DNA of 64,000 nucleotides from Octopus sinensis (taxonomy: Eukaryota). This document shows positions 53,166 through 64,000 of this stretch, in pieces. The stretch's first letter is position 1. Each line of letters begins with the position of its first letter. Under the pieces are notes generated by a model that saw only the letters and a program-made list of their open reading frames with translations, did no database searches and was not told the origin of the DNA. Made by a program: the position numbers and the translations under genes. The stretch lies in the NCBI RefSeq assembly GCF_006345805.1, contig NC_043000.1, forward strand, positions 90,148,001 to 90,212,000, given 5' to 3'.

Positions 53166-54135
53166 ACACAATGAGCTTTCTTTAAATACACCCATAAGGC
53201 TTTGGTCATCCCAGTCAATACTATAGTAGAAGTCACTTGCCCAAGGTGCCACACAGTGGGATTGAACTCAAAATAATGTAGTTGGAAAGGGAAATTCTTA
53301 ATTCTGCAGTCACACCCATGATTAGCCATTCCAGTGCATTCATCAAAATAATATTCTTGTACACATAATCCATTGACCACTAAAGGGGGCATAAATGGTT
53401 TCTGATTTAGGTACAAGGCCAGCAATTTTTAGTGAAAGGAGTTAACTGATACCAGTGAGCCCAGTAATTGACTGGTATCTTATTTTATGGACTGCAGGGA
53501 AACAAAAGGTCAGAACAAATTTTACAAGGAATTTTTTCCAGTGCTCTAACAATTATACCAATTTGCTGCCTTTAAAGGAACATGCCTAAAATCACTCCTG
53601 GCTTTATGATACAAACTTTCTTTTTAAGAGAGATCTAAATTAAAATTCTACCTCAAAATTTCATGTTAATTTACACACCAAACAATAGCATAATAACAGC
53701 AAAGTTATTTTATTAAATTTTTTATTGGTTTCAAAATCTATTGAAACAAGGGTATTGCATTTCCACAGAAATATGGTAACAAAAGGGTTAAAGTGAGATA
53801 AATTAAAACCTTACTTCAAAATTTCATGTTAATTTATGTTCTAAACACCAGTTTAAGTTATTTTACTAAATTTTTCTTTATTTTCAAAATTCGTTGAAAC
53901 AAGGGTGGTGTATTTCAACAGAAATGGTAGGGAGTTAATGGTTATATTTTTGTGGAAGCTCAAGTATATGACTACTCACAAACCATCTCACAATGGTGGG
54001 GATACAATGTTCTGTATTACATTTTATCCAGCTCATGCTAGCATATAAACATGGACATGAAGATAATGATGGGGAGGATTTTGGTATAAAACTGATAATT
54101 TTAAATAGTGGAATTGAATAGAAAACAAAATTTAC

Positions 54136-54223
54136 CTCTCATTGCTTGATATGCTGCACCAAGGCTAGCAGAGTTGGAAACATCCTGTATATATACAGGA
54201 GCATTCAGTATATTTGCCAGAAC
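54136..54223 (-). CDS. XYLB: XYLB exon
   Basis: VLANILNAPVYIQDVSNSASLGAAYQAMR; TAG acceptor, GTAAAT donor. Confidence 0.94.
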
Positions 54224-54430
54224 CTAAAAAATATCCAGATTTTTACAATTAATTCAGTTGGAAAACTACAAACAGTTATTGTATTAACCTTTTTAATACC
54301 ATCCTACTACCTGCTTGAGTATCCACCCCTGGTTCTATTGTACAAACGTTTTGAAGTGATCTAAATTGAAATTTTTTAATTATATTTCATGTTAATTCAT
54401 GATCCAGAAATCAGTTTAATATTCCTTTCT

Positions 54431-54636
54431 ATTATAAGCACAAGGCCTGAAATTTTTTGGGAGGGGTACAGTTGATTACATCGACCCCAGTGCTGCAACT
54501 GGTACTTATTTCATCGACCCCAAAAAGATGGAAGGCAAAGTCAACCTCGGTGGAATGTGAACTCAAAACATGAAGGTGGACAAAATGCCGTTCAGTATTT
54601 TGCCCTGCCTCCTAATGATTCTGCCAGCTTGCCACC
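54431..54636 (-). mobile_element. tRNA-derived SINE (family B), representative; others at ~22066-22260(+), 31565-31768(-), 55880-56097(-)
   Basis: Head GGTGGCAAGCTGGCAGAATCATTAG (A box) and GAGTTCA(C/A)ATTCC (B box), then a shared core GACTTTGCCTT(T/C)CATC. Confidence 0.82.
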
Positions 54637-56570
54637 TAGAAATCAGTTTAATAATGACAAATTATTTTAATATATTCTTCATTATTTTTGAAATTAATAA
54701 CATTAAAATTCCATTTTAATTAATGTTTCAAAAATCAACTTAATTACAAATTATCTTACTATATTCTGCAATACTTTCAAAATTAATTAAAATAAAGAGT
54801 TTTATATTTCAAAAGAAATATAACAAAATGGATAAGAATCTATTTCAGTACTTCTGGTGGATAAGTAGACTGTTAGAGCACCAGAAAAAAATGCCAATAG
54901 TATTTAGTTGTCTTTTTAGATTCTAAGTTCATTAGGAAGGGAGGAAAGTGTCCTCAAACTAAAAATCTTACCTGAATGCTAGTAACAGAGTGGATTCTAC
55001 TAAATGTAGCCAAATGCCAGGTAGTGGTGTTAAACTTGGCTTTAGATTAAGTCTACCACCCAAGCTGACTATGGCAAGATTTGAACTCAAATAGTAAAGA
55101 ACCATAAGGTATCCAGTTCAACATTCATACAGAACTACCAATCCACCATACTGGATTGTTTTTTGCTTTTTTCTTTGCCTCCAAAAGGATGAAAAGCAAA
55201 GTTGATATCAGTGGGATTTGAACTCAGAATGCAGTGAGTCAGAACAGATACCATAAAACAATCAGTCCAATATTCTAACAATTCACCACCTATGACTGAC
55301 CTTGGCAGAATTTGAACCCAGAATACAGAATGTCAGAATGAATACCAAGAAGCATTAAGTCTGATCCTCTAATTATTGTACCATTTTGCTGTCTATATCT
55401 ACCATATTCTTTCTCTATATACATTTATGTCTTTATATCAATGGAAAGCATTACTGAAAGAAAGTGGTATTTATATTCATTAGTCTGTTCCTGTGTTTTA
55501 ATGTCTGTTTTTCCATGCTGATATGGCTTAGACAAAGAGGGTGTGTATTTGAGGTAGGATTTTTATGACTGAATGATTTTCCTGTCATCAACCTTTACTT
55601 GTTTTTCCATGTAAGGGATGTTTTATTCTTTTTTATTCTAGAAATTTTAAATTGTAGAGCTAATTAGTAATTTGTTGACAAGAAATGTCAACAAGCAGTT
55701 CCAGTAGCAACCCAGCCACAAATGATGACATCACCATCTGCATCTATAGCTATAGTTCAGTGTAGAGTGCAAACATTTGCACAAATAGACACACACACAC
55801 ACAAGCACACACACACACACATGCACACACAAGTGCATATAGCATTTGTGCATCAGACTGCCAATTATTTCAATTAATATTGATTTCCAATTTTGACAGA
55901 AGGCCAGAAATTTCAGGGAAGGAAGGTAAGTCAGTTGCATTGACCCCTAGTGCTCAACTGGAACTTATTTTATCAACCCTGAAAAGGTGAAAGGCAAAGT
56001 TGACCTCAGTGGAATTTGAACTCAGAACATAAAGAGGGATGAAATACCTCTAAGCATTTTGCCCAGCATGCTAATTGATTCTGCCAGCTCACTACCCTAA
56101 TTTTCAATTAATATTAAAAAATAATCAAAAGCTTGATGGCATTTTTTAAAATAATTAACATTTTCATAATTAAACAGATGTTTGGATTATGATCTAAGAA
56201 AAAAGATTTTAGATAAAGCTATGTTGGAAGATTTTAATTTAACCCTTTAACACTAAGATTAGTTTGTCAAATATGAAGCATATTTATTCACATTATTATT
56301 AATTAATCATAATTTACTTTGTAGTGTTGTGGTTTTTATATTGTGATTGTATACTTTTAGAATGACATTGAAAGGTATGTGTGAAAGGCTAGATCCAACT
56401 AGTTTGAACATAAAACAGGTAGAATATTTTGGGCCAGATATGGTCTGTTCAAATGCTAAAGAGTTAAAATAGGAACACATTGAAATTTTAAAAACTAACT
56501 CAGTCAAAGTTGGGTTGATATCAAAAGGGTTTAAATGATAAAATAGTAAAAAGAAATAGCATCAACATAC

Positions 56571-56629
56571 CTTTAAAATAGACTTGTTCTGAGAGGCACC
56601 ACCTGTAGCAAGAACTCTACTCTTTGGCA
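56571..56629 (-). CDS. XYLB: XYLB exon
   Basis: (L)PKSRVLATGGASQNKSILK; CAG acceptor, GTATGT donor. Confidence 0.94.
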
Positions 56630-57134
56630 CTGCATAAATAATTAAATATTGAGTCAAATTAAAAACTAATTTTATTTTATGGGTATAAATTATTATAAAT
56701 TATAATAAATTATGCAGCATATCACAGAACTTATGAATTAACTGATTTTTATACAAGAATATATTTCTGCAAAATCATTTCATGAATACAATTCCTAAAG
56801 AAAATATGAAGGTTTAACAAATGAAGAATTTCAAATCAGCCTATGACAGAGAGAGATCATGCATAGTTTTAGTTTACAGCACTAGATAAGACCCAACTAA
56901 GCTGTAATTGCAATCATTCAGTTATTAGATTTATCTGCTGTTATGGTTTAGTGTCAGTCAACTCTGGTTAAACAGACTTGTGATTAAAAATATTGTAATT
57001 GTGACCATTCCATCTTTTTTATAGGAATGAATGAAATAGGACTTTCTTTTCTGAACATTTCGGAAATTTAGGAAAATAAGATTTTTACAACTGATGTCTA
57101 CTGTAAGGATATGAACACACACCAATAGTTTATC

Positions 57135-58009
57135 TTGAGATCTTGTCACCTATACCTTATAAAAAGAAATATCCCATTTAATATGGCAAGGTACATATGT
57201 TCAAATAGACAAGAAAGACAATTGGTAAAACTAAAAGTTTTCCTCCAACAAAGAACTGCATGTACGCATGCATCAGTCCACAACCTCCCACCTCATAGCC
57301 ATCCATTGCATGCACTGGCACAGATGTCTCCCACTAGATCATCCTACCAGGGCTTTACTCTCATTCAATGAAGCAACTGCAAGCTGAAAGAGGCCTCCTG
57401 GCAAGCCCCACATCAGATGGCTGGAGATGATTAAAGAAGAACTCCAGAGGCTCAACATCACCTTGAAGGATGCAAAAGGGCAGGCACATGACCACCAGCA
57501 ATGGAGAACACTGGTGGATCTGGTCAGCTCTATGCATGATGATGTCTCTGGGACCCCAGCCTCATTAAGCAAGGGAATGAAGCAAAGCAAAGCAAAAATA
57601 GTCAAAAGTCCTAGTAAACCATAATATAATCAAGGCAAAAGAAATCCCAATTCTTAACTTATGAAGAAACTCTCACAATGAGAGAGAAGACACAAGCATA
57701 AATATTCCATTTGTAGTCACCTACAATCCTAGAGACCACAGCATCTTACATTCAGCCAAGAAAATAACTTCCAATTATATACCAATCATTAAATTTTAGA
57801 AAAATAATTATAGTTTTATTGTATCTGGGGAGAGTCATTCTCTTTTTAATTTAACACACACACCGGTCTGATTTCCACTCATTTACTTTTACTAAAATTT
57901 TCGTTGCGTCTTGCGGCATTTTCAATAGTTATTGACTCTGTCTGTGATTGGAACTGCATTCTTTTGTTGTTGTTTTTTGTGCACATGTGTGTGCATACAC
58001 ATATGTATG

Positions 58010-58043
<34 letters not shown>

Positions 58044-58087
58044 TGTATGTATGTATGTATGTGTATGCATGAATTTGTGTGTGTATG

Positions 58088-58135
<48 letters not shown>

Positions 58136-58239
58136 TGTATGCATGTTTGTATGTATGTATGTATTCTGCATATCCATGTGCTTGTGTGTTCATGTTTGTG
58201 TGTTTGCATGTTTGTGTGTGTTTGTGTGTGTGTGTGTTT

Positions 58240-58279
<40 letters not shown>

Positions 58280-58345
58280 ACCTCTGTGTTATTAAATTAA
58301 AAAGGCACTAAAAGAGAATGGCTCTCCACAGACACAATAAAATAT
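57135..58345. mobile_element. Penelope-like element remnants with a nested RTE-like fragment (57256-57600) and microsatellite
   Basis: SCHLYLIKRNIPFNMARYIC...LKVFLQQR and NIPFVVTYNPR resemble Penelope RT thumb/linker motifs. Inverted ends at 57814-57847 / 58310-58342. Nested insert reads KRPPGKPHIRWLEMIKEEL...WRTLV. Confidence 0.68.
57985..58280. repeat. (TATG)n/(TA)n/(TG)n microsatellite
   Basis: Direct inspection. Confidence 0.95.
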
Positions 58346-58944
58346 GCATCAACACACGAATTCACATAAAGATTCTTGCAAACCAAATATAAAAACGAAA
58401 TTAAAGAGTTACAAATTACTAACAGTTGAAGATAGTCTTTAAATCTTAAAAGACTCTTAACAAAGGTGAAATTCACATCAGAAGAAGAAATAACACATAT
58501 AACGAAATGGGAAAATCCATTGTTGTAGGATGAGTGTATTGATGAACAGGGTAAAACAAAAGATTCAAGAATGGGAAGAAATTTAAGCTTAATGCAAACA
58601 TGAATTGCAAAATGAAAAATCTCATTTACAGCATCATATTTTCTCAGTGCAATAAGAACTGTATGGGCCAAACGGAAGCAAAATTAATGAATTAGGATAC
58701 ATGAATAACAAATCAAAGGTCCGTCTGTTAAGAATGTTTCACGTAGTAAACATCTAGACATTTGTGGTGTAAACAGAAAATTCAAAATATTCCCTTTTTA
58801 CAAAATAAAGGAAGAAAATCTTTTTGGCAAAAATTATGACTGTATCAAAAAATTTTTCTAAAAGTTTAATATGTACATGTATACGTGCACATATACATAT
58901 ATCATCATCATCTAACATCCATTTTCCATGCTGACATGAGTTCA

Positions 58945-58985
<41 letters not shown>

Positions 58986-59216
58986 TACACATACACACAC
59001 TTATGTACATAATACATACATGCATATACAGAGAGAGAGAGAGAGACATGTGTATAAAGATATGGTAGAAGTCACTTTCCTGAGGTGCTGTGTTGGTAGA
59101 TTGAACTCAGAACGACATGGTTGCTATACAAACTTCTTAACTATACAGCCATAAAACAAATTGAGTGTACAGTGCAATTTACAAATAAGTAAGCTGAATG
59201 AACTGAGTTGACTTAC

Positions 59217-59316
59217 AGATGTTAAAGCCAAGATTTTCAGCATGAACCCTTCTTGACATGAACTGTCCTTCTATAACAGCGCGGACCTCTTCTTCAGCAG
59301 TGTTAAATTTTGGTAC
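59217..59316 (-). CDS. XYLB: XYLB exon
   Basis: VPKFNTAEEEVRAVIEGQFMSRRVHAENLGFNI; TAG acceptor, GTAAGT donor. Confidence 0.94.
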
Positions 59317-59482
59317 CTATGGCCAAAAGACAGAGATCAAAAGTGAAAATAAAATTTAAAAAAAAAAATCTTTGAAGTTACCATCAGATTAATAACCAAA
59401 TGTTGACTGTTGTTGTCTTAAGCAGACCTATGATCAAAAACATTCCTACCATGAACATCCCATCTATTTTTTGTAGGCAAGT

Positions 59483-59640
59483 CATCATATATTATCATCA
59501 TCACCATCATCATCATTACTACCACCACCTTCACCACCACCACCACTATAATCATCATCATCATCATTACTACTATCACCACCATTACCACCACCACCAC
59601 CACCACCACCACTACCACCACCACTACATTCATCATCATT
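59483..59640. repeat. (CAT/CAC)n trinucleotide microsatellite
   Basis: Direct inspection; source of spurious poly-His ORFs. Confidence 0.95.
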
Positions 59641-59990
59641 ATATGGGCAGCAGAATATCACAGCTATTATGCTTCCAAATTGCTTTCTAATTATGATGAA
59701 AAGATGACCACAGACTTTAAAAATTACTGGGGCTTGTGTTACCATAATTGAATTATTTGGTTTCCTAGACACAAATCAATCAAGTTTTGTAAATAATAAA
59801 TATATAATTCTATGTGATTAGAATTAAATGATGAGTAAATTAAAATATTGCTCATGCTGGTAGAGATAACAGCAGCAGTGAGTTGAAATAAGAAATATAG
59901 AGGAAAGGAACAAAGTATGAAATAGAAGGAATAGGGTGGGAAAAGACAGCTTAAGGAGGAGTAGAGAGAAGAAATAGAATGGGGGGTATC

Positions 59991-60199
59991 TCTTTTATCT
60001 CTTTTATTTGTTTCAGTCATTTGACTGCGGCCCTGCTTGAGCACCGCCTTTAGTCGAGCAAATCAATCCCAGGACTAATTCTTTGTAAGCTTAGTACTTA
60101 TTCTATCGGTCTCTTTTGCCGAACCACTAAGTTATGGGGACGTAAACTCACCAGTATTGGTTGTCAAGCGATGTTGGGGGGACAAACACAGACACACAA

Positions 60200-60293
<94 letters not shown>

Positions 60294-60462
60294 TATATAC
60301 AATGGGCTTCTTTTAGCTTCCGTCTACCAAATCCACTCACAAGGCTTTGGTCGGCCCAAGGCTATAGTAGAAAACACTTGCCCAAAGTGCCACGCAGTGG
60401 GACTGAACCCGGAACCATGTGGTTGGTAAGCAAGCTACTTATCACACAGCCACTCCTGTGCC
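59991..60462 (-). mobile_element. Full-length tRNA-derived SINE (family A) with internal (TA)n/(TG)n; many degenerate copies elsewhere
   Basis: Head GGCACAGGAGTGGCTGTGTG (A box) and GGTTCAGTCCC (B box), body GGCAAGTG...TACTATAGCC, 3' CAGTCAAATGACTGAAAC and A-rich tail. Similar copies at ~45437-45730, 18880-19040, 5640-5785. Confidence 0.88.
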
Positions 60463-60629
60463 TGGGCAATAAAGTGTAGGATGGAAATACAGATTGACAA
60501 GAAATGGAATGGAAAGGTAAATATAAGGTAATACAATAATATAAAGATCAATGCAATAAAAGTAAAATATGGTGGCAATAGCAAAATGGAAGAGTGTGGA
60601 GAAAGAGTAGTGTAACAGATGATTAGCTT

Positions 60630-61040
60630 TTAGTTTGGGTGTCCTCCCAGATGCTTTGATAATTTCATGTGAGCACACCATCCATCACAGTCCTGCATGC
60701 ATGTTCTTAATTTGTCAATATTTGACATTCCACTGTCCTGAAGCAAGTTGTCCACATATGTTCGACATTTTCTTCCCTTGTTGATTCTTCCCTCAACTGA
60801 CTGCCATAAGACCAGCTGACACAGGTTCTTCTGGATGCCTGATGCAATGGATCAGTGATTCTTATTCCTCTCCGCTGAATCTTCTCAGCCACTTTGATAA
60901 AACTGCTTATTCATTTAATGAGAGCCTCCATGTAACATTCAAAACCATTCTTAACATTCTTGTGTAGCAGCCATATATTTGTTTTTCAAGCTTTTTGGTG
61001 AAAATCCAAATTTCAGCACCATAGAACAAAACTGAGAAGA
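60630..61040 (-). mobile_element. RTE-like LINE 3' fragment
   Basis: Degenerate minus-strand motif ...LWQ...GRINKGRKCRTYVDNLLQDSG... typical of RTE C-termini. Confidence 0.6.
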
Positions 61041-61082
61041 TATGGATGGAGTATAAGGGTAAACAGAGGTGATATTACTTAC

Positions 61083-61156
61083 ATCTTGATCCTCCTTGTT
61101 TATCCTAAAGCGTCCAGAAAGTAAAGGCTGAATTTCCATCACATCAAAATATATTC
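61083..61156 (-). CDS. XYLB: XYLB exon
   Basis: (G)IYFDVMEIQPLLSGRFRINKEDQD; AAG acceptor, GTAAGT donor. Confidence 0.93.
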
Positions 61157-61411
61157 CTTCATTAAAAGAAAATAAAACAAAAAAAGACAATGAATTACAC
61201 ATATAGATGTTGTTGTTGTTGTTGGCATGAGGTGGAGGGCATCATTGAAAATTTTTGTGAATTAATAAAATAAAGTAGCAATAAAGTACTGGAGTTGATG
61301 TAATTGAATCAACTTGCTGCTCTCCCTCAAAATTGCTGGCCTTGTGCCAAAATTACAAAGAACTGTTGCTTTAAAATCCAAAAGAAATTATATCAAATTA
61401 CTGCTACAAAC

Positions 61412-61527
61412 CAATGTTTCCATTGTTTCCTGATGGCACGGACTTTAACGACTTGGTGAATGTTTCCCAAGAAGCTCCAGCAAATTCATCACGGATTTTC
61501 TCTCGAGTAAGTGATCCATTCTTAAAA
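61412..61527 (-). CDS. XYLB: XYLB exon
   Basis: (C)FKNGSLTREKIRDEFAGASWETFTKSLKSVPSGNNGNI; CAG acceptor, GTTTGT donor. Confidence 0.95.
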
Positions 61528-62038
61528 CTGAAAAAGAAAGCAGAAAACAATATACTATGTTCAACTATTACTAAATTGAGGGTAAGAATAAACAAACATG
61601 AATACTGAAGGATAAAGAAATGACAAAGGCCAACTGGTTAATTCTCATAAACTTTATAATAACAAAAGAAAAAAAAACTCCAATAAAAAAATGTATCAAA
61701 CAAGCAATGGTCTGCATAAAAAGAACAAAAGTTGGTTAATAAGTTCATAAAACTGAAAAGTGTATCTTAGGTGCTAAAAAGCCTTGCTTAACTAATTAGA
61801 TAATGGCTTTTTAGCACCAAAGATACACTTCTATTTGTTGTTTCTCCTCCATTTTCTGATCGTCTATATATGCATTAAATTATGGTTTACCTTTTCAAAT
61901 AACCAACTGCCAAATACCTTATACCAAGGATCATACTTACAGAGTTCATTACCAGGAGTGCCTCTGGATACTTCTATCCCTTAACACCTCTAACCTATAC
62001 CTTATATACATATGCATATATATATATATATATATATA

Positions 62039-62277
62039 CTTTATTTAAAAGCAGCAGAAATTCAACAAAACCTGTTACTCGGAGTTTCACGTTCCCGTTC
62101 GTTGTACAGTTTTGTTAAAATAGCTATTTTAACAAAACTGTCTGACGAACGGGAACGTGAAACTCCAAGTAACAGGTTTTGTTGAATTTCTGCTGCTTTT
62201 AAATAAAGCATATTACTCTACCCCTGGTATTTGAGTACTCTTTTTTCCACCTTGTTTCACATTTATGTGTTTACTCC

Positions 62278-62280
<3 letters not shown>
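62039..62280. mobile_element. Penelope-like pLTR fragment with a 170-bp palindrome (62039-62208), flanked by (TA)n
   Basis: Palindrome centred at AG|CT (62123/62124) with 4 mismatches; contains a hammerhead motif. Confidence 0.8.
62131..62183 (+). ncRNA. Type I hammerhead ribozyme motif with intact core
   Basis: AACAAAACTGT-CTGACGA-ACG-GGAA-CGT-GAAA-CT-CCA-AG-TA^-ACAG(G)TTTTGTT: CUGANGA and GAAA core, GUA cleavage triplet, 11-bp stem I with one bulge. Confidence 0.82.
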
Positions 62281-62341
<61 letters not shown>

Positions 62342-62438
62342 ATATATATATGCACATATATATATATATGCACACATATATATATACACACACATACATA
62401 CATACACACACACATACATACATACATACATACATACA

Positions 62439-62474
<36 letters not shown>

Positions 62475-62528
62475 TATATACACACACATATATTATATAT
62501 ATATATACATATACATATATATATATAC
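62281..62528. repeat. (TA)n/(TACA)n microsatellite
   Basis: Direct inspection. Confidence 0.95.
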
Positions 62529-62805
62529 ATGGCTCCTATGCAGGTGGCACATAAAAAACACCATTTGAACATGGCTGTTGCCAGTAGCGCCTGACTGGCC
62601 CTCGTGCTGGTGGCATGTAAAAGCACCCACTACACTCTCGGAGTGGTTGGCATTAGGAAGGGCATCAAGCTGTAGAAACTCTGCCAGATCAGACTGGAGC
62701 CTGGTGCAGCCATCTGGCTTTCCAGTCCTCAGTCAAACCATCCAACCAATGCAAGCATGGAAAGCGGACGTTAAACGATGATGATGATGATGATGATGAT
62801 GATGA
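62529..62805 (+). mobile_element. SINE 3' part with (GAT)n tail, same family as 35595-36108
   Basis: CACTACACTCTCGGAGTGGTTGGCATTAGGAAGGGCATC...GCATGGAAAGCGGACGTTAAACGATGATGATG. Confidence 0.88.
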
Positions 62806-63008
62806 TACATACACATATACACAGCAGAAAAAGATACAATAGAATTTAATGTTTCATGTGATAATTTTTACCAAAGAGAAGAAAAAGGATTAAGAGATAT
62901 AAGAGAAAAAAGGTATATTTATATATGATTCTGAATTTAAGATGTCTGTTTGTATGAGACTAGCAAAAAGAAATTCAGATTAAAGAATAGGTACTGAATA
63001 TTTACTTA

Positions 63009-63164
<156 letters not shown>

Positions 63165-64000
63165 TCAGTTGTAAAATATTACGTATTAATTAGCTTATGT
63201 GACAATAATTATGTAATATACCATACAGCAAAAGTTTTAATTATGTACAAATGTAAAATGATTCCTGTATTAAAAGTCTCTGAAGAGAGTATATGGAGCT
63301 GGCAACAGAAATATCATAGTTTCAACTTTGCAAGGCTTCTTCAGTTTTAATGTGGATATGGTTCTACGGTTAAGAAATTTGCTTCGTTATAATGTGGTCC
63401 CAAGTTTGATCTTACTAAATAAGGCTTTGGAAAGTATTTTCTCTCGTATTATCCGGTTGACCAAAACCTTGCAAATGAAATCAGGTAATGGAAAATGTAT
63501 GGAAGCCTGTGATGCTGAATCTGTTTTTAGGTGGCAGACTTACTTAATCCCCCAATTTAACACCTCTATGTGCCTTTTGGGTTCCTTTAACAGAGTCCTC
63601 TCTATTGCATGGATTCTGATCAGGTATACAGTCCCTCAATAATTTTAGAGGTGATAAGCACTGCCCCTCCTTCTCTGACTAAACAATAAAAAAAAAATTT
63701 TTTTTAATAAAAATAAATCACTTGATCTGAGTCTAGATTGTACTCAATCTATAAATATTTACATTAAATGTCCTGAAAAGTAATGTCACATTCTCAAACA
63801 AATAGCCTGAAGTCACATTGCTAATTAATTACCAGTTTAAAGGTTGTAGTATGACAAACATTCTTCTTTATTTGAAATAAAGTTTTGTATTTGAAAACAC
63901 ATTTTATTAGTTCTGTTTTTCGGCAATTCATAAATAATCAGAACTTCAAGTAGTATCATATTTAACATTGCATGCTTTAAGACTTTTGCAAATGCAGCAA

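Noticed and set aside
57879-58311. YIHT/VCMY ORFs (also 62231-62626, 11396-11668)
   Set aside because: Microsatellite translations.
59400-59772. Poly-His, poly-Val and Gly/Asp-rich ORFs
   Set aside because: (CAT/CAC)n microsatellite in an intron.
60380-60462. tRNA gene
   Set aside because: A and B boxes belong to a multicopy SINE head; no complete cloverleaf.
63328-63642. 104-aa ORF or an additional XYLB exon
   Set aside because: No similarity to the expected upstream XYLB sequence and no fitting splice sites; probably repeat-derived.

Overview
AT-rich, repeat-dense eukaryotic DNA with spliceosomal introns. The SINE/MITE repertoire, (TA)n/(TACA)n microsatellites and protein sequences point to a coleoid cephalopod, most likely Octopus (inference). 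Three genes were reconstructed by hand with phase-consistent GT-AG introns. (1) The first coding exon of UPF1 (minus, 11958-12140; the gene runs off the left edge). (2) A complete GLD-2/TENT2 (PAPD4) cytoplasmic poly(A) polymerase (plus; putative non-coding exon ending 13011, 12 coding exons 20284-42476, 467 aa), head-to-head with UPF1 across a <0.9 kb CRE-rich region. (3) The last 8 coding exons of xylulose kinase XYLB (minus, 47389-63125), convergent with GLD-2. Introns hold two full-length mariners, hAT, L1/Tx1, RTE, Helitron-type and Penelope-like remnants, piggyBac- and pogo-type MITEs and many SINEs. Most notable are several minimal type I hammerhead ribozyme motifs in Penelope-like inverted repeats: an intact-core one in a 170-bp palindrome (62039-62208) and one in a ~1.57-kb fold-back in GLD-2 intron 3. 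Also notable are the UPF1/GLD-2 shared promoter, a uORF-packed GLD-2 leader, and an XYLB exon that begins with a perfect 5' splice site. Most short ORFs in the supplied track are microsatellite or repeat artefacts.
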